Shown here: in pieces, positions 23,901-56,799 of the stretch
How the letters are laid out: each line of letters begins with the position of its first letter
How positions within the stretch are numbered: position 1 is the first letter of the stretch
Origin: Phoronis australis
Taxonomy: Eukaryota; Animalia; Phoronida
NCBI GenBank assembly: GCA_002633005.1
Contig: NMRA01000111.1
Span: forward strand, 214,866-278,865
Reading direction: 5' to 3'
Length of the DNA stretch: 64,000 nt
Program-made: the position numbers and the translations under genes
Notes under the pieces: generated by a model
Told to the model about the DNA's origin: nothing
Database searches by the model: none
What the model saw: the letters and a program-made list of their open reading frames with translations, nothing else

Positions 23901-26169
23901 GACCTCTCTGATAATGTGGTGATATTTTAAGAAACCATCCAGCACCAGGGAAAACTACTGCAGGATAGATCTGCCAAGTATTCGGCAACAAGCCTATATA
24001 ATCTCGCCCTGGAATTCATGGTTACCAAAGAGGTTTAGTAGTCAGATAAGCTTTGTGTTGTGATAAATATATATTGATGTAGATGCATTTTGTATTTCTA
24101 TGCAGTAGTAGTACTCGTACTTTTTTGTACATGTTGGAGATCTGTTATTCATGTGCTATTAGTGTCCGTGAACTTGATGTATTAGTTTATTAAACAAGTT
24201 GTGTTACGCCATACATGTCGTCCTGACTTTGACTAGATTCTCGTAACTTTCGTGTTTTATTTTTATCCACAAGATCTGTTCTGTTATTTGAATTGAAATG
24301 ACAAATATACTTTTAGTTACTGGTTTCATGATTGATTTGTGATATGCAGTGCTAGTCACTAGTCACTTGCCACGTAAGTTACACTGATTGGATGGGAACA
24401 TATCTATACAAGGCTGACAACAATGTTCAATGTATAGCAAACAGGATATATTACATGTTTGGCCCAAGTATTATTTCTATCTGTTGAATAAAATCTCTTG
24501 TGTGTGTTTTTAAGAGGCTATAAACCAGCCAGTTACAACAAAACTCATCTTTTGATTTTGGCCACTTCATTAGTTTCATCTTGGGTACATTTCACTCGCC
24601 ATGGCAATGTCAGCAGGACAGGCAATTCCATGCATCTCACCACAATCAATTTCAATCCCAACAAAGGATAAGATCACAACAATATTGCTTGTGAAGACCA
24701 TAGACACCTGTGAAGTTGATGTGTTTCACAGCTGAACATGTTTTATAGAGACTACCTGAAACGAGACTTGTAACGATTTGTAGCGCCGTGCTAATGATCA
24801 ATAAGAACTTGAGAAGAATTCCAAATAATATAATAACATAACATTAAATAATAACAGTAATAGTAGTAATAACACATTTTGCTTACATATTTTCAGAATG
24901 ATAACAGTCATTTTAATACTGGAAAATTTTAGCATAACGAAAATACAAAACAATCCTCAACAAAAGTAGCACTGTGAAAAACCTAAAATGCACTGAGCAG
25001 CAAGGTACAATATGTCCACATTACAAATTATTGAAAATTGCTATCCACATACACGGAAAACACATTGAATTATTCTGACATCAAATTACTAGAAATTACA
25101 AAAAACAAATGAGATTAGATGTGTTTGAAATGAAAACTCAAATTCAGAACAATGACCATCAGCAAAAAGCCTGTATATGCAGTGGGCAGTGCAGATAATT
25201 AAAGTATTGTTTACCGGAAAACGAATTTCAACACTCCAAATGTGTATCACATGTACAAAAGCAGAGTTTAAACATTTCAAATTTGGGACAAAAACAATTG
25301 GTATAATTGAAATTTCAACAATATAAAGGATTACAAGTTACTTTCCCAGAAATACTCAAAATGTAGCAGACGTTTTTGTAATAGATGAAAAATACAAACC
25401 ATGTGAACAACGAAATAAAATATTTTTAAATATTAATTAAAAATATTAATTTTATTTTTATAGAAATTTGACAAAAGTCCAACACCCAATTGAAGAATTT
25501 TCACCCGACTGCAAGCCATGCTAAAAATAACTGCAATCTGTTTTTCACTTCTAATTTGCAAGAAATTAAGAAAACACTTATTTCATAGTAAGTTTGAGTA
25601 CAGTAAATTCCTGACAATTCGATAACAAAAAATTTTATCCTACAAGAAGAGGACACGCTAATAAAAAAAATGTGAATTATACTCGACTAATCTTTATACA
25701 AATGTAATCCCTTGAAAGCCACCCTGACTGAACAGTCCTCTTAACATTCCAAACCGAAGTCATATTTCTGAAACTTGTAACCCACACTGCTTAAATCGGC
25801 CATTTTACAACTTCTGTTTTCTGACCAGAGAATTTTCTTAAAACAAAGTTTGCTTACCGCAAGACAAAAATTCCTATGACCTATTTCAAATTGATGGCAA
25901 TTTCCAACTGAATGCATGCATTTATGCACTATATCAAGGGTCTTAATTTCAGATGGCATGCTAACATTTGTGAGTAGTTTAGTCCAGTTTTGGTAACTAT
26001 CTAAAACACAGTGAACCACGAGCAAGGTTAGCCTGCTAGAGCCACTCCCCTTGGCGAGTTTTCACTTTTTAACTTGCGTCCCAATAAATGGGTAGTGCCT
26101 ACAACCTTAAAAATTATCCTTCACCAAAGGGAATTTTTTATCACCTTACATGCACGGGTAGCGAAAGTT

Positions 26170-45398
<19,229 letters not shown>

Positions 45399-45694
45399 GT
45401 TCAAGTTCACATAAATACAGAAAATCTGAAAATAAAGCAACTAACGACATGAAATCATCATTGAGAAGTGGACTGTATCAACTCATTTGAAAGAAATACT
45501 ACGTCACTGACGAGTGCAATGGCCAAAGCGCATGCGCTCGCGGAAATAAACAAAGATGCCGAACGGAAAACGATGAGGGACCTGCCCTGATTTCTTGTAC
45601 GTTTCGCCGGTTTTAGCTCCGGCATTACGCATTTACCCATAACCTCAACTAAAGACAACCTAAGGTGTTCACCAAAGCGTAGTGCACACCGTTG
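45399..45694. promoter_or_regulatory. Bidirectional KDM2/ORAI promoter
   Basis: Only ~300 bp separate the divergent ATGs, and the interval is CpG-rich. It contains an NRF1-type palindrome GCGCATGCGC (45528-45537), CRE-like TACGTCA (45500-45506) and TGACG, an ETS-like CGGAAA and a YY1-like AATGGC. Confidence 0.75.
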
Positions 45695-48600
45695 ATGCAA
45701 TTCCCATTCTTCGACGATAGGATCTCGAGCCACAAGATCATGGCTACTCAAGTCAACGCAGTTTCCTGGAGGAAGTTGTATTTGGGCAGAGCTAAACTCA
45801 AAGCAATCAGCAGAACATCTGCATTGCTCTCAGGTTTTGCCATGGTAAATGCAGCCTTTTTTAACAAGTGTGCAATAAATCCTTATGTCGAGCAAGAGAA
45901 TACGTTCAGCACCCAGAACAGTGAAGCACCGTAGCCTACGCCGGCGTAGCACACTACATGTGATGAGCACAGGTTATCCTAGCTGCGATGTCACGATGCT
46001 TAGGCTCAAAACATTCAGCTTAGGACCAGTTGATAGCTGAGTTTTCTAGTCCAAATTAGCCACCTATTCGACACTGTCATTGGTCCCATGCTCTATTAGT
46101 TGTATAGTCAACTAGACCTTTATAGATTTTTAATGCAGTGCTTTCTCACTTCCACTATTTGAAGCCGAAGGGCATGTAATTTTTCGCTGCCAACGTATGA
46201 AGTATATATCAGCCAAAAGTTATGCTCATCTGGGAAAATCCTTGGCCAAGTGATTGTTATGCCTAGCTCAAGATATGCAGCTTAAGGCCAGTTGAATGAG
46301 AGCCAAGTTTCTCGAACCTGGTATTCTGTTATAGCTCTGTTGTAGACCAAGTAAGCCACCAGACCACGTGAACTTGGTCTGCTTGTTACACAGTTCAGTC
46401 TTGTATACCAAGTGAACTCTTACATTTGAGTTGAGCTCTATTGCTGAAATCTGAATGTTTGTCTTGGTTCTACAGTGACCAGGTCTTTCGGCTTTCCTAA
46501 AGTTGATTTCATTTTGATAAGCCTTTTTTCTTTTAACGTTTCTTTGGGAAGAGAGTAAAAAGGATAAAAACCCATAAAAGTACACAGCACATGTACCATG
46601 AGAAGGTTGAGAAACTCCACATGAGTATAGGACAAATTATAAATCTGTGTTGAACTTACTTGAGAAAGAAATGGCAACTTTTCGTCAGCCACTGTTGACT
46701 TTATCAAGCCTGTACGACATCTGTTGCCATTCTTTCTCAAGTAAGTCCAGTAGTTATATTTTTCCTACATTCTATCTACTGGCTGATTTACATCCACATC
46801 AGCAGATCTGAGTGAAGAAAGATTGCCCTTCTCAGCTATCCAGAACATTCACTATGGAAAAGAAGTTGACATGAGCAAAGTTGTCGCAGTATTTGCGCGA
46901 AGTTGCTGACAAAGTTAGAGCTGGAGAGTGTTGTGTGGAAGTTCAAGCACTCTCATATTACTCGGGTTCTTATTTGTCATTTAAAATTAATAGATTAGCT
47001 TGGAATCTGTGTTACACAATTAATTGTGACTACAGCTGATACATGTTTGACACCTATGGGATCTTTGATATTGGTAAACGTTTTCATAACTTTATTTAGT
47101 GTGATGTTAGTATTAGAGATGTGGGATATTTGTTAAGATTGAATCTGATGCTCTCTTTGATCCCACCTAGCTTTTTTGAAATTCAAACCCTCTGTCAAAT
47201 AAAGCTGGTTGCACTCTTGGAAACAACAAACTGTAAGTTATTTGAATAAGAAAGTACAAAATAGTATGCTTGGTGTCTTTCAGGTTATGAGTATACCCAC
47301 AAAACTGCAAAAAATCGACAAACTTGGTAGCGGTAGCACTGTATAAAACGCTGTTGAGATCTAAATAAATATTTTAGCAATCTTAAAAAGTTTATCTCAA
47401 AACTATCATTGACTGAAAACATTATTTGAAACTGTGACAGGATTTTTCGGATTTCCGCTTAAATGTTTAAAGCGGTTATAAACCTGTCTTGCAGATCGCA
47501 AAAGTCAACTTTAGATTTAGACCAATTAGCATTATGAAATTCGTCTCAGAACTGTTCCTTTCTCAAATTGGATGTGAGTTTGGGGCTTCCAAATAACTGT
47601 GAGTTCATTATTGGGCAAGACTAGGCTCCACAAGTTTGTGTCATTTGATACAATGAGTGTAGTCTTGAGGAATAACTCGGTTCTCTGCTAGCCCAGAAAT
47701 TCCTTCTAATCTGAGTAGCGGACAAGTTGTGACCAATTTTAATGCAGTAGGTGCAGTAGTCTTAATCATTTTTTTCACGGAAAGCAGGTTTAATATCCAA
47801 ACTTTGCCTTTTGCTACTTCCTATTCTGTTGTTTTGCTGTAATGGTACGTTTTCAGAGTGTACTTTTTACTCAACAACTATGATCATGTGACCCAAGTTG
47901 ACAAATTGGAGAAAGTTACAAAAATTGAATTTTACAAGCTTTCTATACTTCGAAATATCGTGTGTCTTTTAATCATGTCTCTTGGTCAGTTGCTTCACCA
48001 ATGTTCTGTTGAGCGTTGACTAAGTGCATGGCCTGGCCCCAACTGCTGAAGTTAATCATAATTACTCTTTTAGTTAGCTGATTTATTCCATTAAGTGCTG
48101 TGCAAATTGTGTGTGTGAGTGCGTGCGTGTGTTTGTGTGTGTGTATACAAACTTACCATGCATGACAAATCCAAAATTGGATAGTGTCAGAAAGCAAAAA
48201 ATGAAAATAAATAAGGTATAAAATACAATTGTCTCTATACATACCTCAGGAAGAGTGGTAGAGACTGGAAAGCAAGCATTTTTATCATTTTTATTAGTAT
48301 GCTTTTCTAGAGAACACAGTTGTGTCTTATACTGTATTTATTTTCATGTTACCTCTCCTGTCGCAGCCTATTGCATTTATTAGTAAGTAGTAGACTATTT
48401 AATAATTTTTATTTTTAGGTGGCAATGGTGGAGGTACAGATTGAGGAAGGTGTTCCCGAGGAGCTACTGGTGTCCTTTAGTGTGATAACTACACTCCTCG
48501 TTTCTGTTCATGTTTTGGCCCTGATGATCAGCACATGTATTCTTCCCAACATCGAGGCTGTTAGCAATGTTCACAGTCTGTCTGCTGTGCAGGAAAGTCC

Positions 48601-48904
48601 GCATGATTCTCTTCACTGGTACATTGAACTAGCCTGGGGACTGTCTACTGGTTTAGGGATACTTTTATTTCTGGCAGAGATTGCTATTCTTTGTTGGGTA
48701 AAATTCTTCACTCATACTAAGCCTGCAGCTATAGCGTCCACAGTTATTGTTATACCGGTCGTGTTGATATTTATTGGCTTCTCCGTGCATTTCTATCGCA
48801 AGCTGGTGACGCATAAATATGAAAAGACCAATAAAAGTATAGCTGAACTGGAAAACATGGCAACCCAGCTAGACTCCAACCATGGACTTGTTATGGATGT
48901 TTGA
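45695..48904 (+). CDS. ORAI: Calcium release-activated calcium channel protein Orai (2 exons; 211 aa, or 196 aa from ATG 45740)
   Basis: Exon 1 (45695 or 45740 to 45844) reads [27 protein letters not shown] with donor ATG|GTAAAT. Exon 2 (48419-48904) reads VAMVE (selectivity Glu), [50 protein letters not shown] and a C-terminal coiled-coil-like tail. Confidence 0.97.
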
Positions 48905-51318
48905 CCAGAGGTGTCGTCACTGACAAGTGAGCTCAGTGTTGGATCATGGTGCTAATCTGAAGGTAGACCAAGAGTGAGAGAATGGGTAGTGGTGGGCAGA
49001 CAAGTAACAAGTATTGAGTAACTACCAACATTTCTTGCATTTACCTTTAGCTTAATTTTGGTTGAGTGAGCTCGACTGAGTGATAACTCGTAACTGTGTA
49101 ATATAAAGATAACAAGTATATATATTAGTCAGCATGAAACTGCAATATTTCGACCAGAATAGCTCTACTTAATTACTCAGATTGACACATCTTCCAGGAT
49201 GTGGAATTGATTGCTAATTTTGAGCTCCTTGTGCCAATCTACTGTAAAGAAAGCATGCTTTGCAAAAAAACTTTTGTGGAAAACAAACAAATGTCTCATA
49301 CTGAATGCAAGGTCTTTGTATTCATTTCACGTTTTTGTAAGACATTTTTGTCGCTGACTTTCATGTGGTTTCACCGTCAAAAGTGGACACTTCATACTGT
49401 TTTGGTTAAGTCTACTATGACAAGATGTATTCAGAAGACGTCATGACCAGTGACATTATAAAATCCTAAGCCATTACTGTGCAGTTTCTAATGTTCTTTA
49501 AGGGGGAAAGCAACTGTGTTTGATGTTACTTTAGTGAAAATACAGATCCCTGGTTATTTTTGGAATTAAATTGATTATTCTGTGATTTAAAAACTACTGT
49601 TCTATGGTGTATTTGCTGTGTGTGGAGCAGTATAAAGTGAGCAGCAGCCCAGTGTTTGAACAGTTTGTCAACGCTGTCAGAATTAGTGGCAGTGTGACAC
49701 TCCTTTTTGTGCCTGTGAGTACCCTGAATCACCACTTAGGGAATGGAAATCACTTTCTGTCATTGAATGTGAAGTTTCAACACGTTTTTGTGGTCGAGTA
49801 AATAAACCTAGTTTATACAGTTCAGGTACTGAGTAGTGATTTGGCGAGGGGTCTCTTGGTCGAGTTACCATGTTTTGTGCATAATATTGTAATCGTGCCG
49901 TGTCATGAAACTTTTTGTGGTTACTCATTTGCATCCTCAAAACAATAATTTATGTAAAAATTATGCTTCTCTCACTTGTACTCAAATGCCATCTAGAGGA
50001 CCTGCAAAGGGTGCTCAAGAGGGACTTGTGTGTAATAGACTGGGCAATACTGGTCATGGCAGACACCCTCTGCCGTCACCAGCACAGGGAAGTTCTTATG
50101 GTTCTCATTGGGTGGCATAAAGGCACTCTTGGTTTAAGGTTATGAGTAACCCTAGATAAGTGTTGAGCTCTTAGCTAATTTTGGAGCATTATGTCTCAGA
50201 AATTGCTAATCGGATTCGGAGGAAGCTGGTGTGATTATTCTCATATGCCAGCCGTAATAACTTGGAAATGTTCTTCATTGAGTTGTCTTCTGCCTTTATT
50301 ATTCGTAGTATTTTTACATTTGGGTTGAGAGTTGGTGGGTAGTTGATAATTGGTTTCTTATTTTTAATATTCTCTCAACTGATGTATACTTTGCAATTTG
50401 TATTAATTTATTAGATACATTTGAATATATGTTACGTAACTCTCCATTTTGTTGAAATTTGAGTCAATTGAGTTAAATGTATTTGGTGTGGTGTTCTGCA
50501 AGTGCATGTTAAAACTTAAAATTGAAAATAAAGATATATTTATTGAGAAACATTTTTTAGCTAAATCCTAAAATTGAATGGAAAGTTAGTTCTAGATGCA
50601 AACTTGATGCTTATTTGGTTGAAATGCGATGATATTTACAATGAAATAATAAATATGTTTGCATCTTGATATTCTTAAAGTTAACACAATGTGCATCCTT
50701 ATTTTGAAAATACAATCATCTCAACACTGCTGAGACAACCACATTCTAAACATTATCTAGATCAAAGTAAGCAAAGAATTTTGGAGTATTAGAAAATATT
50801 TGAAAAACTGAAATTGTACACCAAGGATGTAACATTAAATGAAAACTGCTTTAAATATAAGTAACAAAATTTTTAGTACAAATGACCAAACAACAAACTA
50901 CAGTCTAAAAGCACACACAAGGTACTGTCGGTTTTTGTGAAAAATTTGCTACTGGTGACTAGCCTTGTGAGTAGTCTGAAAATATTGAGACTTTAGTTTT
51001 TAAGCGTACCAAACTAGGCACTCCACGTTAAGAGTATTGAGTCCTATTGCGAGTTTCAGACACCTTGCTCATTGAAGAGGACCAGACAATTATGGGCGTG
51101 AGACTTAAATTGTTTGTACTGGGCACTGAAGTCATCCACATGAATGATGTAAGAACAGCAACAAAAAATGGCACTTGCTAACTGAAGACTTAAGTTGTAC
51201 ACCTGAACAGCAAATCATCGGCTCGTGAGTAAATCATTTTCATGAAGCACCCATGCCAAGTGGTTATGTGTGGATTATTGTCTGGTACCCTTACTATGAA
51301 AGCTGTTCCTCAAGCATA

Positions 51319-54300
51319 TTATTCTTGATCTTGTAGAAACATTTCTTCTGCTTCAGCCATTACTTGGTTGGAATCGCACAGCTCAATCTGAAATCCAAGA
51401 CCACAAGTTATTTAAAAACAACTATTTAGAAGCGAGGCTCTAAATATTGATTGTGACACTAGTCAATTTCTAGACTAAAGCACAGTATACAATAAAATAT
51501 TCATGATTTAGAAAATTGAATTATTCCATTGAGATTTCCAGAAAATGTAACCAAGCATTGTTTTGTTAATGCAAAAATGGACAGGCAGACCCAATCATAG
51601 GACTTCTTCTCTCAGGTAGCCGCACACCCCCACATTTCCATGATAGCTGAATACCTGCAGGTAAAAAACACACACAAGCACGCACACACAGAAAGAGAGT
51701 ACTACAACTTGTGTAACATGAACTCCCATCTTCACATACAATGTTTATCAACCCACCTTGGGAACAGGGTATTTTGTTGGCTCAGGTGCACCCTCTCGGT
51801 CAAAGTCTTTCACCTGGCTACATTTGGCTACATCATTCAACCATACACCCTCCATGAGTTGACCCTTGTCAAGGAAGAAAAACTTTCCGTGACCATTTTT
51901 CATGCCATCCTTCCACGACCCCTCGTATCTGTTTTCATTCACTGAAAAGAGTACACAGCCATGTCAGTGGTATACATGCAATGGGCTAGCTAACATTAAT
52001 GCAAAAAATGAGGCCAAGTATTCTTAGTTTAGAATGATAGGTAAGATAACTAAAAATGTTCGCCACATTATATGGTCTCTCCTTTGACGGTCAATGATGG
52101 ATTGAATTCCGTCCGAAATATTGATTTCGTGGATCCAAATTGGTGACTCTAAAACAGCTGAATTTCAAACTCCAGAGAGACAACAAAGCAACAGAAGCTG
52201 TTAAGGTAAAAGGAGAGTTTTCTTATCAAGGATCCAACGTCTTAATTACCTTTTAAAGTATTAATAGTAGATATAAAACAGTATACTTCTCAATCACAGA
52301 ATCTCATTATGTGCATAAAAAGAATCGTCAGATGTTTGTAATCACGACTGCATTTTTTCTAAAAACGCAATTCTGTTTCATATTCTGTTAGCTTCTAAAA
52401 TATGTATGGGGTTGTGTTTTAAGACCTTTTAGCTCAAGACCCCTGCTTTTAAAAATAAATACACCAAAAATGATTGAAAAAACAGAAGTCTTGATTTGTG
52501 ACCCTTACAATCACGGCTTCGAGCTAAAAAAATCCCATACACACAGTTTGGAGCTTACAAACAAAACAAACAGAATTTGCAAAAAATTTGGAAAATTCAG
52601 TGCTCTCCATGAAAAATCAAATTTTAAACAAAAAAATGCAATTCATGTGATTCTAAACATTTGGACATTTAACCTTCACGCACATAATAAGAATTCTGTG
52701 ATCATCAAACTTCAAAAACACATAGTTTTATGGTTATAACTATACTTTAAAAGTTTTTTAAGAAATTTTATCCTCAGTAATGCAGGTATCCTATTACTTC
52801 AATCAAACTGAGGAATGCCTATATTTACCTAGTCGTAACATGCCTTGCCCATTTCGCTTGTCGTCATACCATTCACCTTCATATGTGCTGCCATCCGCAT
52901 AGTACATGCGACCCCAGCCACTGCGCTTGTCTGCGTACCATTCACCTTCATAATATTCATCTGTTCTGTAAAAATGTGTTCCATAACCCTGTGCAATGAA
53001 AACACAACATCTTGATGCAAATCAAATAATGTGAAGAAACACATTTAAATTGTGTCATGTACAATCAAATCTGCACATTGCCTTTTTAGCTAAAAGAATT
53101 GAATCAGACTTTTTGCTTTTGACAAAACTGGTTTGAAAATTTTACCACGATAAAACTTGTTTTCTGCATTAAAAAAGAACATACAAACCCTTAACAGTTA
53201 AAATTACGCGTTGGAAATTGTCGAGTGTGCTAACCCTGGTATTTGAAAACGACGTGCAGGGAACAAGTCGGTCACACGGCTATTTTTGTGAACACATACG
53301 TGTAAGGCTGATGACCCCAACTGGCCAAGTTACTGAGTCATGACGACACATGAAAAGATTAAGTATCTATTATATGAGGATGAAGTGAAGTTGAAAGACG
53401 CAAAGTTCCTAGACAGATATGGTCTGTCACCCTGGCTCGTGTGCAACATTTATAAATTTACTTAACAATTAAATTACTCAACACAAATTCAGGGCTGCCT
53501 AGACACAATAATTTTTTTCAATGCAATAAGTCCCAAGTTACAAGTTTGAAGTATGTTTAAATTGATGGCTACACAGGCAAAATGCAGCTGAAATAAGTAT
53601 TAAACTGAGATGGTAAAAGTACGGTGTTCTGCGGAAACACAAATTAGGGTTGACTTTTGTAGCTCTCTCACGGCAACAAATGTCTAGCCAAAATCATGTG
53701 TTCTCATTTAAAATTCACGGCAACATCTCACATAATCTTGTGAAGTCTTGCTTTTCTAATGAAGTTCTAGCATTATTGAACTCTGCCCAGGTATTCATAT
53801 TTAAAAAATAGAAGGATAGTCAATTTCACCTATCTCATTAAAGAAGACCAAAAATGCTGTAAAATGAAATAATGATAATAATACTAATAATAACACTAAC
53901 AACAATAATAATAATAATAATAATAATAACAATAAATTACGATGCAAGTTGAGTTCAAAACAGTATCTGAAGAAATTCAAAACCAGTGTTCTACTTTTCT
54001 TTGAAGATTACAGAACTTCAACAAATGTGCTGGCCCGCCGGGCCAGCTAGTCTGAAAATTTACTGGCCTGGCTGCCAAGTTGCTTTTCAAAGTTACTGAT
54101 GCCGCAAATCCATTGGCCACCGAGTATTTTGAACGCTTTTTACAAACACATTTGAACTAAGAACCTGTATAATACCAGGGGCTATAATTTTGTCAATTAC
54201 TTTGCAAGCAAGAGTCAAATAAAATGTAGAGTAACACAAGGTGTTTGTAACTCAGGTACACAGTCAAATTCTTTTGTAGAGGAGCATTCCCAATGTGCAC

Positions 54301-55864
54301 TTTAAAAGTCATGACTGTATCAATGCATGATTGTAACAATGCATTAAGAAACGACACAATGAAGCAGTGAAAAGTTGAGGAAGTGAGTGTAGCAAGATAC
54401 TGACAATAACCCAGACCAAAGACATGTTGTACATGAATGGATATTCTTGTTTCACTCCGTCTCAGCTGAAACGTGTCACATCATTTAATTGTTTTTTAAA
54501 ACACAAACTTCGTGTTCAAAATTTATCTTCATTTCCATAACTGCTTACATGTCTTTTATCATTCTTCCAACCACCAGAGTACTGCTTTTTATAGCCACCA
54601 TCTTCTGTTGGTAAGCTGTAAGTACCAAAGCCATTCCTCTTGTTCTTGAGCCAGTCCCCATCATAAAGAGCACCGTTTGACTTCCACTTGTACGTCCCTT
54701 TGCCTATTTCGGAAACAATATAACAATTTGTTAAGAACAAAAAACAGCTACACCTGAGACTATTGGTACCCACAGCAATGCAGTGTTCTCCTCAACAGAA
54801 AATTCAAACTCAGCTGAAATTACAGAATTCAAGTACACGATTGAACGTCCATGTTCATACTGTGGAAAGTTAGTGTCTTAAGTAAATGCACTAAAAACCC
54901 AAAATTTCCTAATTTGATTAAGAAATGACTAATCTCTCAACATTTCAAACTCCTTGCATAAGGTTTACAACTCCATGCAAATACATGCTAAGCTTGTCAT
55001 GACAAAATTCAAACTCGACACAAAAGAGGCTGTGGAGAACACTGAAATGGGGGAATAACTAGGATTTGTTATCGTGATAGGCAAGTTGGAAATTTAGTTT
55101 CCGTGTTCAAAGTATGATTATTCTGAATGCCTGAGTCCCTTTGACAAAGAAAACCTACAGTTCATGACACTTAGGCCAATTGCTGGCGAGATCATAAGCC
55201 AAAACTCAAGTCAATCTGTGAACTGAAACACAACTTGTATCAACTACACCTTCACAAAACAATGTCATCTGATTTCTCATTTCATGGACTTTGGTTCAGA
55301 GTCGTCCTGATAGTATTGGCTTCTAATAAGTGACACTGTTTAAGACATATCTGAGACACATGACTGGGTAGCTTGTGAAGACCACTCAATTCAAGGGACA
55401 CTGAAAGCTCAATAATTCCAATGCTGGGTAGGACACTTAAATTACCGCACACAATTTCCACTATGGCCTTGAAACATTCGCCGATAATTACTTATGAGGA
55501 AGAGTCCTTCACATTTCTGATGCCAAGCCCTGATAAACGTTTCACTCCAAGTTAAGTCATGCACCAAAAAAATTAGGAAATGGGCTTGTGCCAAACTGCT
55601 GCAGCTTAATCCATTTGGCCACATCTTAAGTCTGCGTGACATAAGGAAATGAATGAAAGAAAGCAACTTACACATTCCACGCATCACAGAGTAAAATTCA
55701 AAAAACAAGAAACACTTACCACTTTTTAAGTTATCCAACCACTCTCCAGTGTATTCGTCGCCATTCACAGAGTACACAGTGTGTCTGATGCCTTTTTTGT
55801 TGGCCTGATAATCCCATTCCTTCCACAGTGGTTGAGATTTTTTTGGTTGCTTCAAATGTGGCAT
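51319..55864 (-). CDS. MORN3: MORN repeat-containing protein 3 (5 exons, 237 aa)
   Basis: Exons 55864-55720, 54703-54549, 52988-52829, 51941-51757, 51387-51319, with compatible phases. The N-terminus MPHLKQPKKSQPLWKEWD, tandem YxGxW MORN repeats and the C-terminal AKCSQVKDFDREGAPEPTKYPVPK correspond to MORN3. Confidence 0.93.
53868..53934. repeat. (AAT/AAC)n microsatellite
   Basis: Visible trinucleotide run in MORN3 intron 2. Confidence 0.85.
54781..55044. mobile_element. Small CAG-ended TIR element
   Basis: Inverted ends CAGTGTTCTCC / GGAGAACACTG; flanks CAATG / AAATG (imperfect TSD). Confidence 0.55.
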
Positions 55865-56029
55865 TGTACTCGTCACTAATTCTTTGACTTACGAATTATT
55901 AATGAATGCTATTAACTCCTGACTTAAGAAACGTAAAGCACGAGAAACTACAGAACGGTAAGAAGAAAGGCTGAGCTCTAAAAGCAGTAAATAAATAATG
56001 GCGATCGATTAATTTCCAGTCCTCCTACT

Positions 56030-56053
56030 TGTTTGTTCACATTGCTTGGCGAC
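56030..56053. promoter_or_regulatory. Candidate forkhead (FoxJ1-type) site plus RFX X-box upstream of MORN3
   Basis: TGTTTGT at 56030-56036 and ATTGCT-T-GGCGAC at 56041-56053 (fits RYYNYY-N-RRNRAC), ~170-190 bp upstream of the ATG. Confidence 0.45.
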
Positions 56054-56799
56054 AGCAAGGTCAAGGTCGATACTGAAGTTGTTGCGACATCTAGTGATAG
56101 ACTAAAAAAATATTTAGGCTAGAGCCTATATGACTGTCAAGCTGCGGAATAATTATATCGTTTTCACGAGAACTCGAATAAAACTAAGGAACAACTTTTC
56201 AAAACGTATGGGTTTGCAGGTTGATTTATACATGTCCTACCTACAATTCGGTGAATTACTTGGATGCTTCATTCATTTAAGTCGGACATATCTTTTGCAG
56301 GGGGGGCGGGGGCCGGGGCGGGGCGGGCCGGGGGCAACTCTTACTTCCAAATTGGCTCTAAGCCCGCAAGATTTTTATCATTTGACTTTTTATCATGACA
56401 TGGGCCGGCGTGGGCCCCTAAATTCATGGAGCCCTCGAGCAAGTGCCCTAGTGCGCCCTGTCTTACAGGTGGCTCTATGTAAGCTGAGCTTATACACTCA
56501 CTGAGCACAAGGCTGACCAATTAAGGCGCCTCCAATGACTCCCTGCGTACGTAGTGGCGTTTGCATAGACCTACTGATCCCGCAGGTCAAGGGCGCTCGC
56601 GTTTTTCTATGGTATGGGTATGAAATATGCAGGTACCAATATGTCATGTTTTTTCACTTCTGATGATACAGGACTTCCGGCACACACCTAGTGGACAGCC
56701 TTACATATATCGAACGATTAACCCAATAACATGGAATATTGCTACACTGCCTAAAAGTTGATAACAAACTGTAAGGCAGATATTAATTAAAGTTTGTAG

